A DNA stretch of 64,000 nucleotides from Psammoneis japonica (Eukaryota): the NCBI GenBank assembly GCA_008632985.1, contig QPGO01000098.1, positions 124,001 to 188,000 of the forward strand. The letters are read 5' to 3'. The notes below the pieces were generated by a model, which had not been told where the DNA came from, made no database searches, and saw only the letters and a list, made by a program, of their open reading frames with translations. The position numbers and the translations under genes are program-made. Positions 38,220 to 52,453 of this stretch are shown here, piece by piece (the stretch's first letter is position 1; each line of letters opens with the position of its first letter).

Positions 38220-39260
38220 AGAGTTGAATGACAGGTGTGCCAAAATCAGTCATCAAGACCCAAATGATCCAGAAAGATGTGGTGTGCAGTTGCTCAGCAA
38301 AGAGCTGCATCTTGAGAAGAAGAAAATGAGTGTCAAATGTCAAAATCTGTTTGAAGCCCCCTGCGCTCCCGTGGAACGTAAAGCCTCACTGGCAATGTCC
38401 AGTGACAAAATGCAGAACTTCTTCAGTGACCTTTGTAGATGTGCATTGGACATGAATGTCAATCAATCGGAAACGTGGTCCAGCCTGGGGCATTTGTTTG
38501 GAAAATGTGCTTTGGTCACCTGGATGCCGCCAGCTTGTGGTCGTTCCTCACAATCTGGATGGAAGCAGTCGCTGGAACTTGCGCACTGCCTCCTTGACTT
38601 TGGGGGTTGTTTTGTTCAACTTGATGAATGCCATTTGTCTGAAGGAAATGGACATGGGAGCTGGACGGGAATGGAAGCTTTTGTTTGTCAGAAAGGAATG
38701 ACCATGATCATTGAAGGCAGCAAGCAATCACATGACAAGGAGAAAGGATTGCAAGTCTTTCTCTGGAGAAAAGTGAAGCCCGGGTGTGATCGGATGGAGG
38801 TTTGTGACAAGATTGCTGAGAAACCAAAGGAAGAAATTGACATTGAGGAAATTTTGAGAGAAATGAAGTCCTTGGGGAAGAGCTGATAAATGATCCATGG
38901 ATGTTCCCACGTTGTCTCGTTTCACTTGTAGTTGACTGCAACCAGTGCTGCAACGCACAATGGAGACAAGTGTTTTTGGCACCAATGAAAGACAACTGAA
39001 TTTACACAAACGATCACCTTCATGCAATGTGTCTGGCATTGTCCACATGTCATCTGTAGAAAAAGATCTTTGCTGAGGTCTTGCCAAAACTGCCACAATT
39101 AAATGCCAATTGCCCCCTTGGAAGCCCTGAGCTGCTGAGACGTTGCCTGCACCACTGGATCCCACAACAACAATGGACAATCCCAAGGGACTTGATGGAG
39201 TGCTGAGTCCTCAGTTTGCCAGCCAGTTTTTGTATGAAACAAGTGGAGCACAAAGCAGAT
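38220..39260 (+). repeat. Duplicated decayed gene segment, copy 1
   Basis: Colinear with ~41918-43100 (e.g. GTCATCAAGACCCAAA..GTGGTGTGCAGTTG..CAGCAAAGAGC). Includes ORF 38206-38886. Confidence 0.7.
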
Positions 39261-41900
39261 TTTGGCAAAAGGATTCACTTCCAAACTGCTGCAGTGCACA
39301 TTGAGCACGCATGAGGAACAGAAGTGGAAATGAGCTCAAATGACAACAAAGCAGGTGTTGACAATCATTTTCAGTGCTTTGGAGTGCAAAACAGTGCAGT
39401 TGGAAAGAGCTGTTCTCTTTGTGACACTTGCAGCAAATGTGGCACCACAATCAACAAAACAGCTGTGTGGCTGTTGTTTTCAACAATTCTGTGGTTTCTT
39501 CTGCTTCCTCATTGAGCAAAGCAATGTCCGGTCCAGATCTAGAAACAGAGAAGCCCTGCAACAAGGTTTGCCAAAATCACAGCAGTGGACCTGCACTCCC
39601 ATTCCATCATCTTTGGTGCACGCACATTTTGGGTGTCACAGCACAGTGCAGGTTCCAGGTTCTCTGGCGTTGTCCAAGCAATTGGTGAAATCTCTTGCAC
39701 AGCTAAAATCCTTGCCCCCTTCTGGTGCAATGGTTTTCCCAAAAGCAGCTGGACTGCCAAAGTCTTGTTTGCAACATGTCAGAAAGTCCATGCAATGCAA
39801 CTGAAGAAGTCCAGGGTCTTGTGTGGAGGAAATGCAGCAGACAAGCTCAGATTCATTGGGAACGCTTGCATCTGGAAACTCTTCAAGTGCAGCTCAATTG
39901 CCAGTGTCATCACACGGAGCAGATTCTGGAAGCCCAGTTTGACACGTGCAAGTGTTGTTGCAAATGGCAGTGCAGTTCACCGTGTCATTGCACTCTTGCT
40001 GCAAAATGAAAGAGTGCAGTGTTCACAAAGCAGCAGCAGCAGCTGTCAATGCACAATGGTGCAAATCACACCATTGCTGTCAAAGGCATTTCCTGCTCTG
40101 TTGTCACCACAACATGATTTCCACATGTGGCAAGCTCAACTGAAATCACATTTGTTGGTGAAAGTGCACAGCACTGTCTGGTTGTCATGCAACTTTTGAC
40201 AAGCCAATGGGAGGTGAGGGGCAAAATTAAAGTTTTTTTGCTGAATTGCACACAAGGCACTGGCACCATCAGCTGAGACCACAAGTCAAGTGAAAGCAAG
40301 ATGACACTCACATTGTCTTGTCTTCAACGTGCAGCACAACTGATGAAGCATGCCCAGTGCACTCAGCCCATGACAGATTTCTGCCCCAGGTGATGCACAA
40401 AATGACAACCCACTTTGAATGTCAGTTGGGTGTTCTTCATGTGTGAAATGCTCTCACAAAAAACACTTGTGTGGATGGGCTTTTGCAGGTGTCTGCAGAA
40501 TGGACAGTCAAATGTTGTTTTTGCAGCACTGAAGTTATGAAATGCTGATTGTGCAACAGCACATTGGGTGTGGCAAAATGTTTGCAAGTGGAGCTCCAAC
40601 CAGAAAGCACCACAAGCCATGAGCAAACATTTTGTGCAAAAAAAAAAAATCTAAATTTTGAGTGCTGTCACTCCATTGCCAGTCAAGCCACTGCCTGCTG
40701 ACCCACACTCCTTCAGTGCGGCAGGAGCTTGAACAGGATCAGCCACAATGGGGGCCACCAGAAGGCAACACCCCACCAAGACAACTGAAAAGGAATGATT
40801 TGTGTGAGGGATTTGTTGTGTGCTTGTTGATGACAGCCAAAGAAGGCACACCACAACTGCAAAGGACAGTTGCACTTAGATGGGTTTTCAAAACAGTTCA
40901 CAAAAGGAGCCTTGAAGGTGAGACTAGCAGGTCATCAGAGAAAATGTCTGCTGCACACAGAAATGGTGCTCTGGGTCTTGCATGAAGAAGCCAATGGGAG
41001 CAGCAAATGCACAACAATCAAATGACACCATGGGATGACTTGTGTTTTTGCTGAAAAGGGTTGCAACAGAAGCAGTGTGTTCTCACCCCAAAGAGCAAAG
41101 GACTTGATTGAATGGCAAGAAAAGAAGCAGGGTTGAAGACTGATTGGCAAGGACAAAAGCAGTCTCAAGAAGCGACACACAAATCATCAGTGGCAACACA
41201 TGGAAACAACACCAGATCTTGCACAGAAAAGCCAATGGGGGCAGCAAACGGATGACAGTCAAATGATGCTGAAGGACAACACTGACGTTCTTGCTGAAAA
41301 GGACCACAACCAGAAGCAGTGCTTTCATCCCAAAGAGTGAAGAACTTGGTTGCACAACAAAGAAAAGAAGAAACCAAAAAGTCTTTCTTGCAAAAGGCAA
41401 CGCCACAGTTGTCAAGCAAGAAAAACAATGCCCCACTGAAAGACAATGATGAAAAGGCACACATGTTTTAAAATGTCATTGCTTGCACAGTGCAACAGGC
41501 AGCATAAAGTGCAATGACACAAGAAGTCAGCACCAACCAAGAAGCAATGAGTTTGCACTTGCACTTCAGTCTTGGACAAAATTGAGTGAAACCAACCAAT
41601 TGTTTCTGCTCCAATGCCGCGGCATGCTTCTGTCACAATTTCAACCAGAATCCAGTGGCAAAAGACAGCTGTGCTGGTGAGGTTCAAGCAGGGGTGCGCT
41701 GTTGGAATGCAAAGTCTCAGCCTGCATGTGGAGAGCATGCAGCACACCAGCACCACACCACCAGCAACAAATGCATCAAGACCTGCACTGCTGCCCAGGT
41801 GGCATGCTGGAAAATGTTGCTGAAACATGGGAAGTGCAGGATGTGCTGCACAAACTGGCTGGGCCTGGCCCAACTTGTCCCCCCCTGCAGCCCCCCCCCC

Positions 41901-41907
41901 NNNNNNN
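41901..41907. other. Assembly gap within a C homopolymer
   Basis: Seven N. Confidence 0.99.
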
Positions 41908-41917
41908 CCCCCAAGAA

Positions 41918-43100
41918 AAGTTGAGTGACAGCTGTGCCAAAATTTGTCATCAAGACCCAAACAATGATCCAGAACAATGTGGTGTGCAGTTGTTCAGCAA
42001 AGAGCAGCATCTCTGGAAAAACAATGAGTGTCAAATGTCAAAATCTGTTTGCAGCCCCCACCACTCCCACACAGAGTGCAAAAAGCCCCACGGGCAATGT
42101 CCAACCATGAAGTGTGGGACCTCTTCAATGAGCTTCGTGTGCTTGCGGCACTGAATGTGGATGTCAGCTGATTGGCAAAGCAATTCAGCCTTGGACACTC
42201 ATTTGGAGAACATGCATTGGTGACCTGGACACCACCAAATTGCAGTCATTCCTCACAATCTGGTTTGGAGCAGTTGCCTGAACTCATGCACCACCTCCTT
42301 GCTGGGGTTGTTTTGCTCAACTTGACAAGTGCCATTTGTTTGAAGGAAATGGGCATGGGAGTGCAATGGCAATTGAAGCTCATGTTCATCAGAAAGGGAT
42401 GACCATGATCATCAAATCCCACAATGAATTGCATGACCAGGAGAAAGGATTGGCCACCTTCCCTTGGAAAAAAAGTGTCACGCAGCTGTTGTTGGATGGC
42501 TGCTTGTGGCAAGATGGCCAAGAAAATGCTGGGAGAAAGCAGCAAATGATCCTTGGGGGAGAGTGGCCAGCTGATCCATGATGGATGTTCTCATGTCTTT
42601 CCTTTTTGCTTGGAGTTGACCACAGCCAGTGCTGCAAACCAGCACAATGGAGGCTGGCATTTTTGTGCCATCAAAAGGCTGCAGAATTAACCTGCAAACT
42701 GATTGCCTCCTTGCTGGCACATGCAATGCATCTCTCTCCACCAGCCAGTGAGGGCCCTCTGCCAGAGTTGTTCCTTGCACATGCACGATTGCACAATCAG
42801 TGCATTTCATGCCTGTGAAATGGGTGAGCATGTGACAACAGATGACTTGCGAACCTCTGGCACATGTTGTCCACATGCAACAGATGAAAAAAGGACATTT
42901 GTGGAGGTCCAGCCAAAACTGCTCATAACAAAGTTTCAATCGCCCCCTTGGCAGCCCAGGCAGCTCTTGAGATGTCACCTGTGTTGTTGGGCTCCCATTG
43001 CAGCAGCTGTGGACAACAAGAGACTCCATGGTGGACTTTGCGGAGTGCCCCAGCTTGCTGTCCAGTTTTTCCATGAAGCTCTTGGAGCACAAAGAAGCAC
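41918..43100 (+). repeat. Duplicated decayed gene segment, copy 2
   Basis: Colinear with ~38220-39260, more diverged. Confidence 0.7.
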
Positions 43101-46100
43101 ACACACAGCACCAACAACAAACAGAAGCAGAGACAAGGTTTTTTGCAATGAACCCGGTGTCAAGTTTCATTTTTGTGCCCGGACTTTTCTTTCGGAAACA
43201 CAAACATCAACCCCATTTTTGTCAACATTGTTGACTGGTTGAATTTTGGCTGCTTGTTTTGACTCAAAAAGAGGTGCAGTGCATGCTGCAGTGCGGCTGT
43301 GCTGTGACAAAGAAGTTGGGTTTCAGCAGGCAGAATGGGGCAGGTGCAGATGGGAAACCATCAAAACTGCTGCTCTCCTCCTCTGTGGGGCATCACCTGG
43401 ACCAACAGCCTTTCTGTGTGAGTGATGAAGATGACAGTGTCAAAAAAAAGCCAGATGGACAATGAATCAAAAGAGCAGCACAGCCAGATCATGACAGAGC
43501 AAATGGTGAGTTGAGCAGCTGTGTGCAAAGTGTGGGGCCCACCCCCAATCATCAAACTCAGTTGCTGTCTCTTTGCAATCAAGCAACAAAAGAAAATTCT
43601 TTGTTGGCACAAGAAGATGATGGCAGCTCAGATCCATGTAAGTGCAAAGTGGGTGCTTGTTTCATTGAGTCCTTTGCAACTTTGTGCAGCCACCTGCTCA
43701 TCTCAGCCCTTGTTTGTGAAGGGATGTGATGGTGGAAAAATGATTTGACAGGTGTCACAAAATCTTGTTCTCCAGCCCCGCCACATGCTGGTGGGTTGAC
43801 AGTTAAAAAGAACTTGCAAAACAATGGACTCCCCTTGTCAAAAAGCCTTTTTTGTCAGGGATGACATGGAGTCATTTGTTGTGCTCTGTGGTGTCTGCAA
43901 ATTGCTCCATTCACTCCATGAGTGGTCTTGCTGCTGAAACCCAGCCTTTTGTCATGGCTTTTTTCTCCAAGACAGCATCTTCACATGGTTGCCACATGTG
44001 CACTCTGGGCTTGACTCCCTCTCACAGCATTCTTGGTGGGGTTTGCTGCAGCAGCTGGTGCTGGCCCACTCCCCCCATCTCTTTTTTGGCTTTGATGCCC
44101 CACCTTGGTTTGCCCCCTTCTCCTTCAGACTTGGGTTGCCCCAAAATGCAAGAGTGCCTTTGTTTTTGTTGAGGACATCTTGGCCAGGTCAAATGTTGGA
44201 TCACCCTTTGACATGTGTGCATTTTTGCACAATCCCAGCAGAGATGACTTGAGCTTGGCAGTTCTTTCAATTCTTGTCCACCAACATTGGTTGCAAACCC
44301 AAGTGCCACCCCCAAAATGAAGTGTTCAGAGCAACAGCACACTTGCACAAACTCAACACCAGCCACAGATGACTTTTCTGGACCTGGCACTTTGGGCATG
44401 CCGCCCTCACTTGGCTGATGCCATCAATTGCCAACTCAGTGATGCAGGAAAAACAGGATGCACTTGGGCATGTCTTTTGCAGGACCTGGCTCCAGCCCTG
44501 CCATTTTGAAGAACAACTCTTGCAAAGCATGAGCCCAAGTCTCAGCAGTTTCTGTTGTTGTGCCCACTCAGTGTTTGCAAGGCAGCTGGCTGTTGGACAA
44601 GTTTGAGGAAAGGAACTTGGCAGGTGCAACTTCTGTGCTCTTTGTGACAGACTCCTCTGTTGCAGACAAATCAAAATGGCTGACCTTGGTGTTTCAGCAA
44701 GATTGTTTTGTGTTGTGCAATTTTCAAGGTTCTCAAGGGGAAGTTGCAACTGGCCAACTTTCAACACATGTGTGCATGTGTGCTTGCATGCAACCTTTTC
44801 TTGATGCACTTGTTTGCATTTTTGACATGTGTTGCCATTTGTGGCGATGCGCATGTTTTGCATTTGTTGGAGTGTCAACACCCACCCACTTGTTTGCCAC
44901 AACTCAACAGGGCTCTGTGAGAAAGTGATGATGGCGTGCTGGCAATGACATGGCATGCCTGCAGCACTGAGAACAAGGAAAGTCAGAGAGAAGTTCCTGC
45001 AGCATTTGAGTGCAGCTCTTTTGGCCATGCCCCATCACTCTGAATGGCACCTGCAATTGTGCCCCACAGAAGTGGCACAGTTGCCATCCAAGAATGCTGG
45101 GTTAGAGACTTTTGCATTGACCAAAAAGACACACCGCAAAATGTTTGACAGCTTGAGAATCTTTGCCTCCTGCCTCCATTGTTGCAAAGGTTGCCATTGT
45201 CAAGAACAAAAGAAGCAAGCAATGGCACAACAAGAAGAGTTTCACAAAAGTGGTCTCCTTCCTCTTCTCTCATTTGGAGTGGTTCTGTGTTGAAGCTGCC
45301 AGGTCTTGGTCCAATTTGCATCAGCTTTGGCAATCTTGCTGACCAACAGGTTGTGCTGCTGGCCTTGAATTTTGAAGTTGTTGGGCTGGAAGCATCAGAT
45401 GAGAAGCACTTGTCTTGGCCAGAGGATGACTCAAGGCAAGTGAGAAAGCAAGCAATGGACAGCTCTGATGGTGACAAGTCTCCAAATGGTGTGGCAATGT
45501 TGATGAAGAAGTGGACTCCAATCCAGCCCGCACTTGTGCTGGTGGCTTTTTGGATGGCAGTGTGGGTGTCCATTGGGAAAGTGGGGTGCAGATTCTTTTG
45601 TCACGAGTCAGCTTTTGACAATCCACATGCAGATGAAGAAGCACCCAATGTGACCTCATCTGAAAAGCACTTTTTGCTTTCATGTGATTGAACTGAATGA
45701 TCAAGTGAGGCTCCCAGGCTGTGTTGTCTCTGTCATCCAGAAATGATTCCCACAACCATGTGGTGTGTGCATCTGGCAGCAGGCACAAAACAAGCAAACT
45801 TTTCAACTGCCTGATTGCTTGACATTCCAGTTGCCAGAGAGCACATTGTCTTCTGTCCAACCATCCCATTGCCCTTCTTCCTTGGTTGCATCACTTGGGC
45901 ACATGTTTTTCCATGGTTTTTCTGGACATTTTGGCTTGGGTGGCATCTGGCAGTGCAGAGGCACAAAGCACCAACAACTCCCATCAACTGTCCAACTGCC
46001 AAACACTCCACAACTGTGTTGCCTCACATTTAAAATGCTTGCCACTGCATTGGTTGCAGGGCCTTTTTGGTGCATTGCTGTGTTTCCCATTTGTTCTGCT

Positions 46101-46199
46101 GTCATCATTGAGTGGCACTTTGTCAGGTTTGTGTCTCTTTGGATCCTGGGTGTCCTTTGAGAAGTTGCACAAGTTACATCAGCTCTCTTCTTTGACACT

Positions 46200-48050
46200 G
46201 TCTAGAACTTGTCAGTTTTGTCAACTTGGACCCCACAGTGTCTTTGTCCTTCTCACCAAACATTGTTTTCTGATGGGCCTTTTGAACCATCAAGTCACTG
46301 CATTCCAAACTGTGTGGGCCAGTGTCATGCAGAGTCCTGCCTGGGGCCAGAGCTCATCTGCAGGTTGTTTGTCATCTGCAGTGTGAAAGAAGAGTGGCAT
46401 TTTGGTGCTTGCAAACCTGGGTGGTGGTGCTTCTCAATTACAGTGCTTGTGATTGCTGTCCAATCTGTCATTTTGATGGCCTTCAGGAGAGCCAAACTGG
46501 GAAATGACTCCCCCAGGCAAGCACGCTGCAAGCTCTGTCTTTTGTGGGTCTCATGCATTTTTGTGGACCTTCAACATGTTTGTTTTGGGTGTTGCAATCA
46601 TTTGTTGAGCTGTTCCCAATGTTCCCTCAACCATGACTGTGATGGACCTGGTGGCAACCTCCTCACACCTTTCTCCTTCTGTTTTGTTGTTTGCATTCCA
46701 GAAACCATCATGCCTTTTTGTCCACCCATGAATGCACAACAACATTTCCAACAGCTGGGTGCCCAGTTGTCTGTGGCAAGATGTTCTGTGCATCATTGTG
46801 CTCTGTCTGCATTTGCCAGACAACCTTGCACAACCTCAGCAACTGTGCTGCCAACAACTGGTTCTTGGCAATGCACAACTTCTTGCAACAATTCTCTGGC
46901 AGATCCATGAACTGACTCTTGCTGCCAATCCCCATCTGCAATGTGGTGGAAACATGCAGAACAATTTGCAAACAATGTGCTCCACTGCTTGCAGGCAGCT
47001 GTGGTTGGTCACACACTGATTGTGACCTCAGCACAAGTGCAACTCAATGACAAGGCATTTGTGAAAAACCTCAAGAATCTTCTCAACCAACCCCCGTTGA
47101 AGGTGCGCACATCACAAAGTCGTCTCCAATGGGGTGAGTGCAAAAAAAAAAGCATCAGAGCTCTCATGGCCTTTGTCATCCCCAACAAAGTGCAATGAAC
47201 CACAGGCTCCCATGTTTCTGGAATCAACCGATGGTGTTTGTGATGTGTGGGCTCTCTTGTGAGATTTCTTGCCAGGGCAGTCTCACATGCTTGCGATGAG
47301 GACAACTGACTTGGCTGCAGCCACACACTTTGCATCATTGTGCAAGTGTGTCTGAGCCAAGCCCATCCAAGCAGCAAAGCAGCAGAGGAGCACAGCAACA
47401 TTTTTTAATGCACTGATGCTGCAAACACCAGCTGTCATTCTGGCACCACAATGAACCTGATGCGCGGACTTCTTCCTCCAAATTTCCACAAGCTGCTTTT
47501 GGGCAGCTCCATTGCTGGTTTTGCCAGCCAAGGCTTTCATGATGGCACTGCCCAATTGTGCCATTTCCAAAGACAACAGGTGAACTGTGACAGCTGAGGT
47601 TGCACAACAAAGATTGAACCATGCCTCTGCTGGATTGTTCCTTGGTGCTTGCTTCAAGCAAGACAAAGTGCCCATCATGGGCTCACAAGCAAACCTCCTG
47701 TCTGTGTTGCTCATGTTTTGTCCACTTGAAAAGGGTCCCCAACACAAATTTTTCCTTGTCATTCAACCCAAGCAGACTCTGTGCACTTCTCTTGGAAGAT
47801 GAGACAGCCCTGCAACTCCATTGCTTGCTTCCCACCAGCCTTTTGTGCAAATCCCAGATTGCCATGTTGGCTGATTGCAAGTCCAGTGCAGCGCAACATC
47901 CACCCACTCCATGCCAATGCAAACAGTGCTGGGTGGTGGCAGGCAAAACATGTCCTCCTGAAGACACTTGACAAAGGCATCATGGCACAATGAAAGAAAC
48001 ACAAAAGATCAAGTGGGGGTCATTGTGGGCATCTCAGGCCCAACCAAGGA
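46200..48050 (-). mobile_element. Possible 3' portion of a non-LTR retrotransposon, highly decayed
   Basis: Weak fragments only (AGVCSI, THLHND, WLREHWEQLN) reminiscent of RNase H-like and WxxRN C-terminal motifs. No RT core seen. Confidence 0.25.
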
Positions 48051-48878
48051 TGTCTGGGAAATGATGTTGGGGGGCTCACACAGTCTTTGCTAAATCATGT
48101 CCTTGGAACTCAATGCATCCAACCATTGCACCGATCTTGACTGTCTGCAACTCGTGAAACCTGAGACAGTCAACAAAACATGAGGTCACGCCAAACCGGG
48201 TGCACTGGGAACCACTTCTGCCAGGAGCCATGTGCAGTTTCGATTGTGGCATTCTGCCAAACGCTCCTTCTTGACGCAACGCACAGGAAAGGAAAATCAA
48301 CGACAAGAACAAACAAGCCACGAGCTTGGAAAGGACAGGAGCGTCTGTGACCAACTTGTGAGGACTCAATCTTTTCGTCGGATGCAAAAAATGGCTGAAA
48401 AATTTTGGAAAACCATCAGAGTTCTCATTGGAGTTCGCTCCTGTAACTGACACACAAATCCCACGTAGCTGTGCCGGCACGAGCAATTTCATTTGTTGCT
48501 TTTTCATGTTCGTGCAAAACGCACGTGCTTTGATCGTTTTTCGTTGACACACACAGAAAACGATCGAAAAAAGGTAAGAACGAAAATGGGAAAGCATCTT
48601 TTGTTGCGTGCTCCCATTTTTGAATTGTTGTTCCCGCCGCCAATGAGTGAGACACAACATGACGCCTTGATGAGAGAGAGGGGGCTTTGATGCATTGCTG
48701 ACAGTCCCTTTCTGATGTGCCTGTCAACTGATGACCAATTGCTGAACTGAATTGGGAATGCTGAAATGTGCAATTCTTCAATCTGAAACCTTTTTTGCTT
48801 CCTTCCCTTGTCATCTTCTACCGCGGCACTGCAGTCGTAAGTTCTGTGCAGGCACGCAATGGCAACCTTTTCAGAGAG

Positions 48879-49860
48879 GCTGAGTGCCATCATGGGCCCG
48901 GACGGGTGTGACGTTTGCATGCGTTGCTCGGTTCTGACGGCGGTGCTGTACAAAGCCAAGCGCTGCTTGGCCGATCGTCTTCCCGGGTTGAGGATCTTTC
49001 AACGCAAGATTGCTCTCTGTGACATGGCCAACTACTTGGTTCAGGGTCTTCCCCTGTCGGATCAGACCAAGGAGGAAGTCATGTGGCACACCGCCACCAG
49101 TTGGGAGGCTCTCAACTCAGACATGTCGTGGAAGCATGTGAAGCTCATTTCTTGTGAGCTCGAGAAGCTTGTGCTCAAGATCAAGCCCTTTCTGGAGGGT
49201 CGTTCTTTTGACGATGCCTGTGAGGAGTTTGTTCAGAGTCAGTTTGTGAGTCAGTTTGTGAGTTTTCAATGAATGGGATTGTAGATGAGTCATTCAAGTT
49301 TCTGGGATCTAAGTTGTTGTGACATTTTGTGTCATCCTTAGGAACTCGTGTCGGGAACCAAGGGCAAGAATCATCCCTGTCATTGGGAACACAGTCACAA
49401 CAATGCATTCATGACGCATCGCATGTGCTGTTGCGGCGAGGATTTGGATCCCTCTCTTCCCGCTCCCAAGCCTCCCAAACAAGTCATTGTCCCGAGTGAA
49501 CACCCTCAAAAGGGCAAGGACTCTACATTCTTGGTGGCAAACAAGGGAGGTGCGACAATGACATCGGCAGCAGCTGCAGCTGCTGCTCCCAGGGCTTGTC
49601 CCGACATTGACGAAGCCGAGTTGGAAGACATTGTCAATCCTCCCGCAGCAACCGAGAGTGCCACCAACGAAGAGTGCCGTCGGCTTTTGAAGGAGGTGCG
49701 GGAGCACTTGGATCTTTTGAAAGAATTTGAAGGGGTGATTTCGGCGGATGAACTCAAAAAGTGAAAGAGGGATCTCTTTCAGGCGCTTCCATCGGCTCCT
49801 CCGCCGGTGATGCCAAAGAAAAAGGCACGCACCACTGAACCCGAAGATGCCGTGGGAGTT
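48879..49860 (+). pseudogene. Two-exon gene relic, probably a DNA-transposon accessory protein
   Basis: ORFs 48859-49272 and 49348-49764 with an apparent GTGAGT intron near 49246-49341. C-terminal LLKEVREHLDLLKEFEGVISADELKK(stop)KRDLFQALP has a premature TGA. Confidence 0.4.
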
Positions 49861-50333
49861 TAGAAAGCGGTGCAATGGGGGCACGTCATTTGGTGATTTT
49901 AGCAGTGGAGTGCTTCTAATTGACAACGATGGGGCTTGTGACAATTAAATCTCTCGAAATGTTGCAACAGGGAAAAAGATGCCGAGACTGCTGTTGCAGC
50001 TCTGTCACTCAGCCAGCGAGATAGAATTTTGAATTTTTGTGGATGGAATGAAGAAGAATCATCAGAGCGGGCGGATCGAATGGAATGATGATGATGTGTG
50101 AGCATCACCGGCAGGCATGTGTGATTGAATGTGGGGCCCCACCGGTGTGATTGAATGAAGCATCGCTAGAGCCCCAAAAGCAACACCGCCCAAAGTTGGC
50201 GGAAATCGGTTTGCGAGGTTTGAGGTCGTCAAAACCAGACTGACAATGCACAGCGGCGAGGATGATTTCATGACCAAAGCCAGACAAAGACAGCTCACAA
50301 TGTCCACATTGTCGGATCAGTTGTTGTTGTCTG

Positions 50334-51011
50334 TTGTTGTCGCAACTCACTTCTGCCATGGGCTGCTGGAACTTTTCGTTTTGGGACAACGACGAGTGTG
50401 TCGAGTTTCTTCTGGTGCTCTTTCAGCACCTTGGCCTGTCAACCATCCTGCGCAAGGAAGATGTCGGCAAGGGCGCGCGCCACTGCACAGTGGCAATGGT
50501 CGTTCCTCCCAATCAATCGGGCAAACCTTTGATTGTCCGTCACGACGGTGAGGAGTTGGAAGAGACACACCATCTGCACCACTCCGTCACAGCTGGTGAC
50601 CTTGAAAGCACCAAGCGGAAGATCCTCTCTTTGAGGAACGCCTTCTTGCCGACTTGGCGAGTCACGAGAAGCATCTCAAGAAGCTCAGGCTCAAGGCTGA
50701 GCATCTCTGACTCTCATCCACATGCATGTTGGATTGCTGTGGATGTGGTCAAGCTCGACGAGTTGGCTCAAGTCTTTGACATGCGCGGCAATGAGGGAAC
50801 ACATTCGATTGATGGGCACCTCAAGAACTGCACGGGGGCGACGGATGCGAACCTCGAACAGCTTCGCAACGAGCAGGCTCCCGCGATTCGTGCCGGCATT
50901 CTAGCGTGCAAGAGCATGATCTTGTCCAACGACACGCTCGAATCCATGTCCTTGGCACATTGGTCCTCGGCAGTCCATGGAGATGTGGATGAGTGGTGTG
51001 CTCCCTCATGA
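50334..51011 (+). pseudogene. Unknown protein relic, TpA-mutated
   Basis: 225-codon frame with protein-like composition and no Tyr. No family recognised. Confidence 0.35.
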
Positions 51012-52453
51012 ATTGAAGCCTGAAGATGTCTGGTGCGGAACTCCGCAGCTGGCCGTTTTCAAGGTTGATGGCAAGTCAATGTGATGCACAACACGACATC
51101 ACGATGCTCATCTCGGTGGTTGGTGCACACACTAACAACAAAGCTTTTGTTTCAGGAACCGGTGACAACTCTGATGATTCGGCATCTGAATCGTCCAACT
51201 GGGGCGTGCGACAGCCTGCTGAGTCTGGTCTCATGTGTGCATGTGGTGTGATGGGTGTGGAGGTGTCTCTCACCTTGCTCTTTGCAGCTGGCACCACTGC
51301 TGCCACTCATGTTGAGCACGTACGATACGAATGGAGTTTCAATCGCTGTCGTTTGTTTCTAGCTGTGATGGCAAAGCATGCCTAAACATGATAGAAATCG
51401 TCTCTCATTCAACTTCCGCATGCATTTTTTCTCTCTTGGCATCCATCGTTGTACTCTCTTTGCTTCTTTCCTCTTTTTTTGCCCCACTTTGCGGTCCTTT
51501 CGTCATTTCGTTCTTTTCGGACTTTTGAGTTCGAGTCGTCATCTGCGCTTGCCAAATCCTGGTCAGCGCCACGTCCTCTGACTGATTCCACGATTTTGCC
51601 CGTGTTTATGGATAAAATTGGAAAGGAGGGGGGCAAGTAGCTAGTGAAGTGTATTTGGTTGACGAGATGATAGAGAACTTCCAAAAACGCGTCCACAGGC
51701 GACAAGACAATGAGTGAAGGTCGCCAATGCGACACGATCGAAGAGAGAACGATACCTTAGCTACTCTCTATAGCTAGAAAGAGTCGATCCACTCTCTAGA
51801 GTGACTGCTGCTCTCCAGCCACCACTCCACTCTACTGCAGAGCATTTCACAGTATCCCATCTGCTGGGGACAAGCCCCTGACGCAGTGGCAAAGCGATGG
51901 AAGAAGGACCAAAAAGTCAAGAACGATGCGACAACTGAAACTGAAAACGCAGCTTGTTACATTCAGTGCCACAGTCAGGAACAAACCATTGAAAGCTCCG
52001 ACAGTCATGGAATTGCTAGATTGTTTTGCTCCTGCGAGAATGAAACCTGTGACGTGTCCCCCCCAGACTCTGCTCTAACATGGCAACCTTCTGCTTTGTC
52101 CATTTGGTGCATTTTACCAACAGAGAGAGGCATTTTGCTCAACCTTGCCAACTTTGACGGGGGCTCTAATGATCCCTCAAAAGGCTTTGTGCTCTAGGAT
52201 GCCAGTGGAATGGGAAAGGTGGCGCTTTGCCAGTCTGTGAGGTGCAAAGCTGCAGTTTCTGCTAACACACAACCAAGCGACAATGGACACCCAACATTGG
52301 TTTAGGTTGGTTCCACATGTGGAACAACTGATGTGAACACTGTCAAACAAAAGTTGCAGATGCCAACACTCGCACCCACCAGCACCACTTGTGACGTGCT
52401 GAGATGACTCCAAGGCTCTACAACACAAACAAGTGCATTCTCAGAGATGATTC

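Noticed and set aside
40988..41337. Diverged ~240-bp direct repeat as a distinct element
   Set aside because: Similarity is visible but short and degraded, and nothing indicates function.
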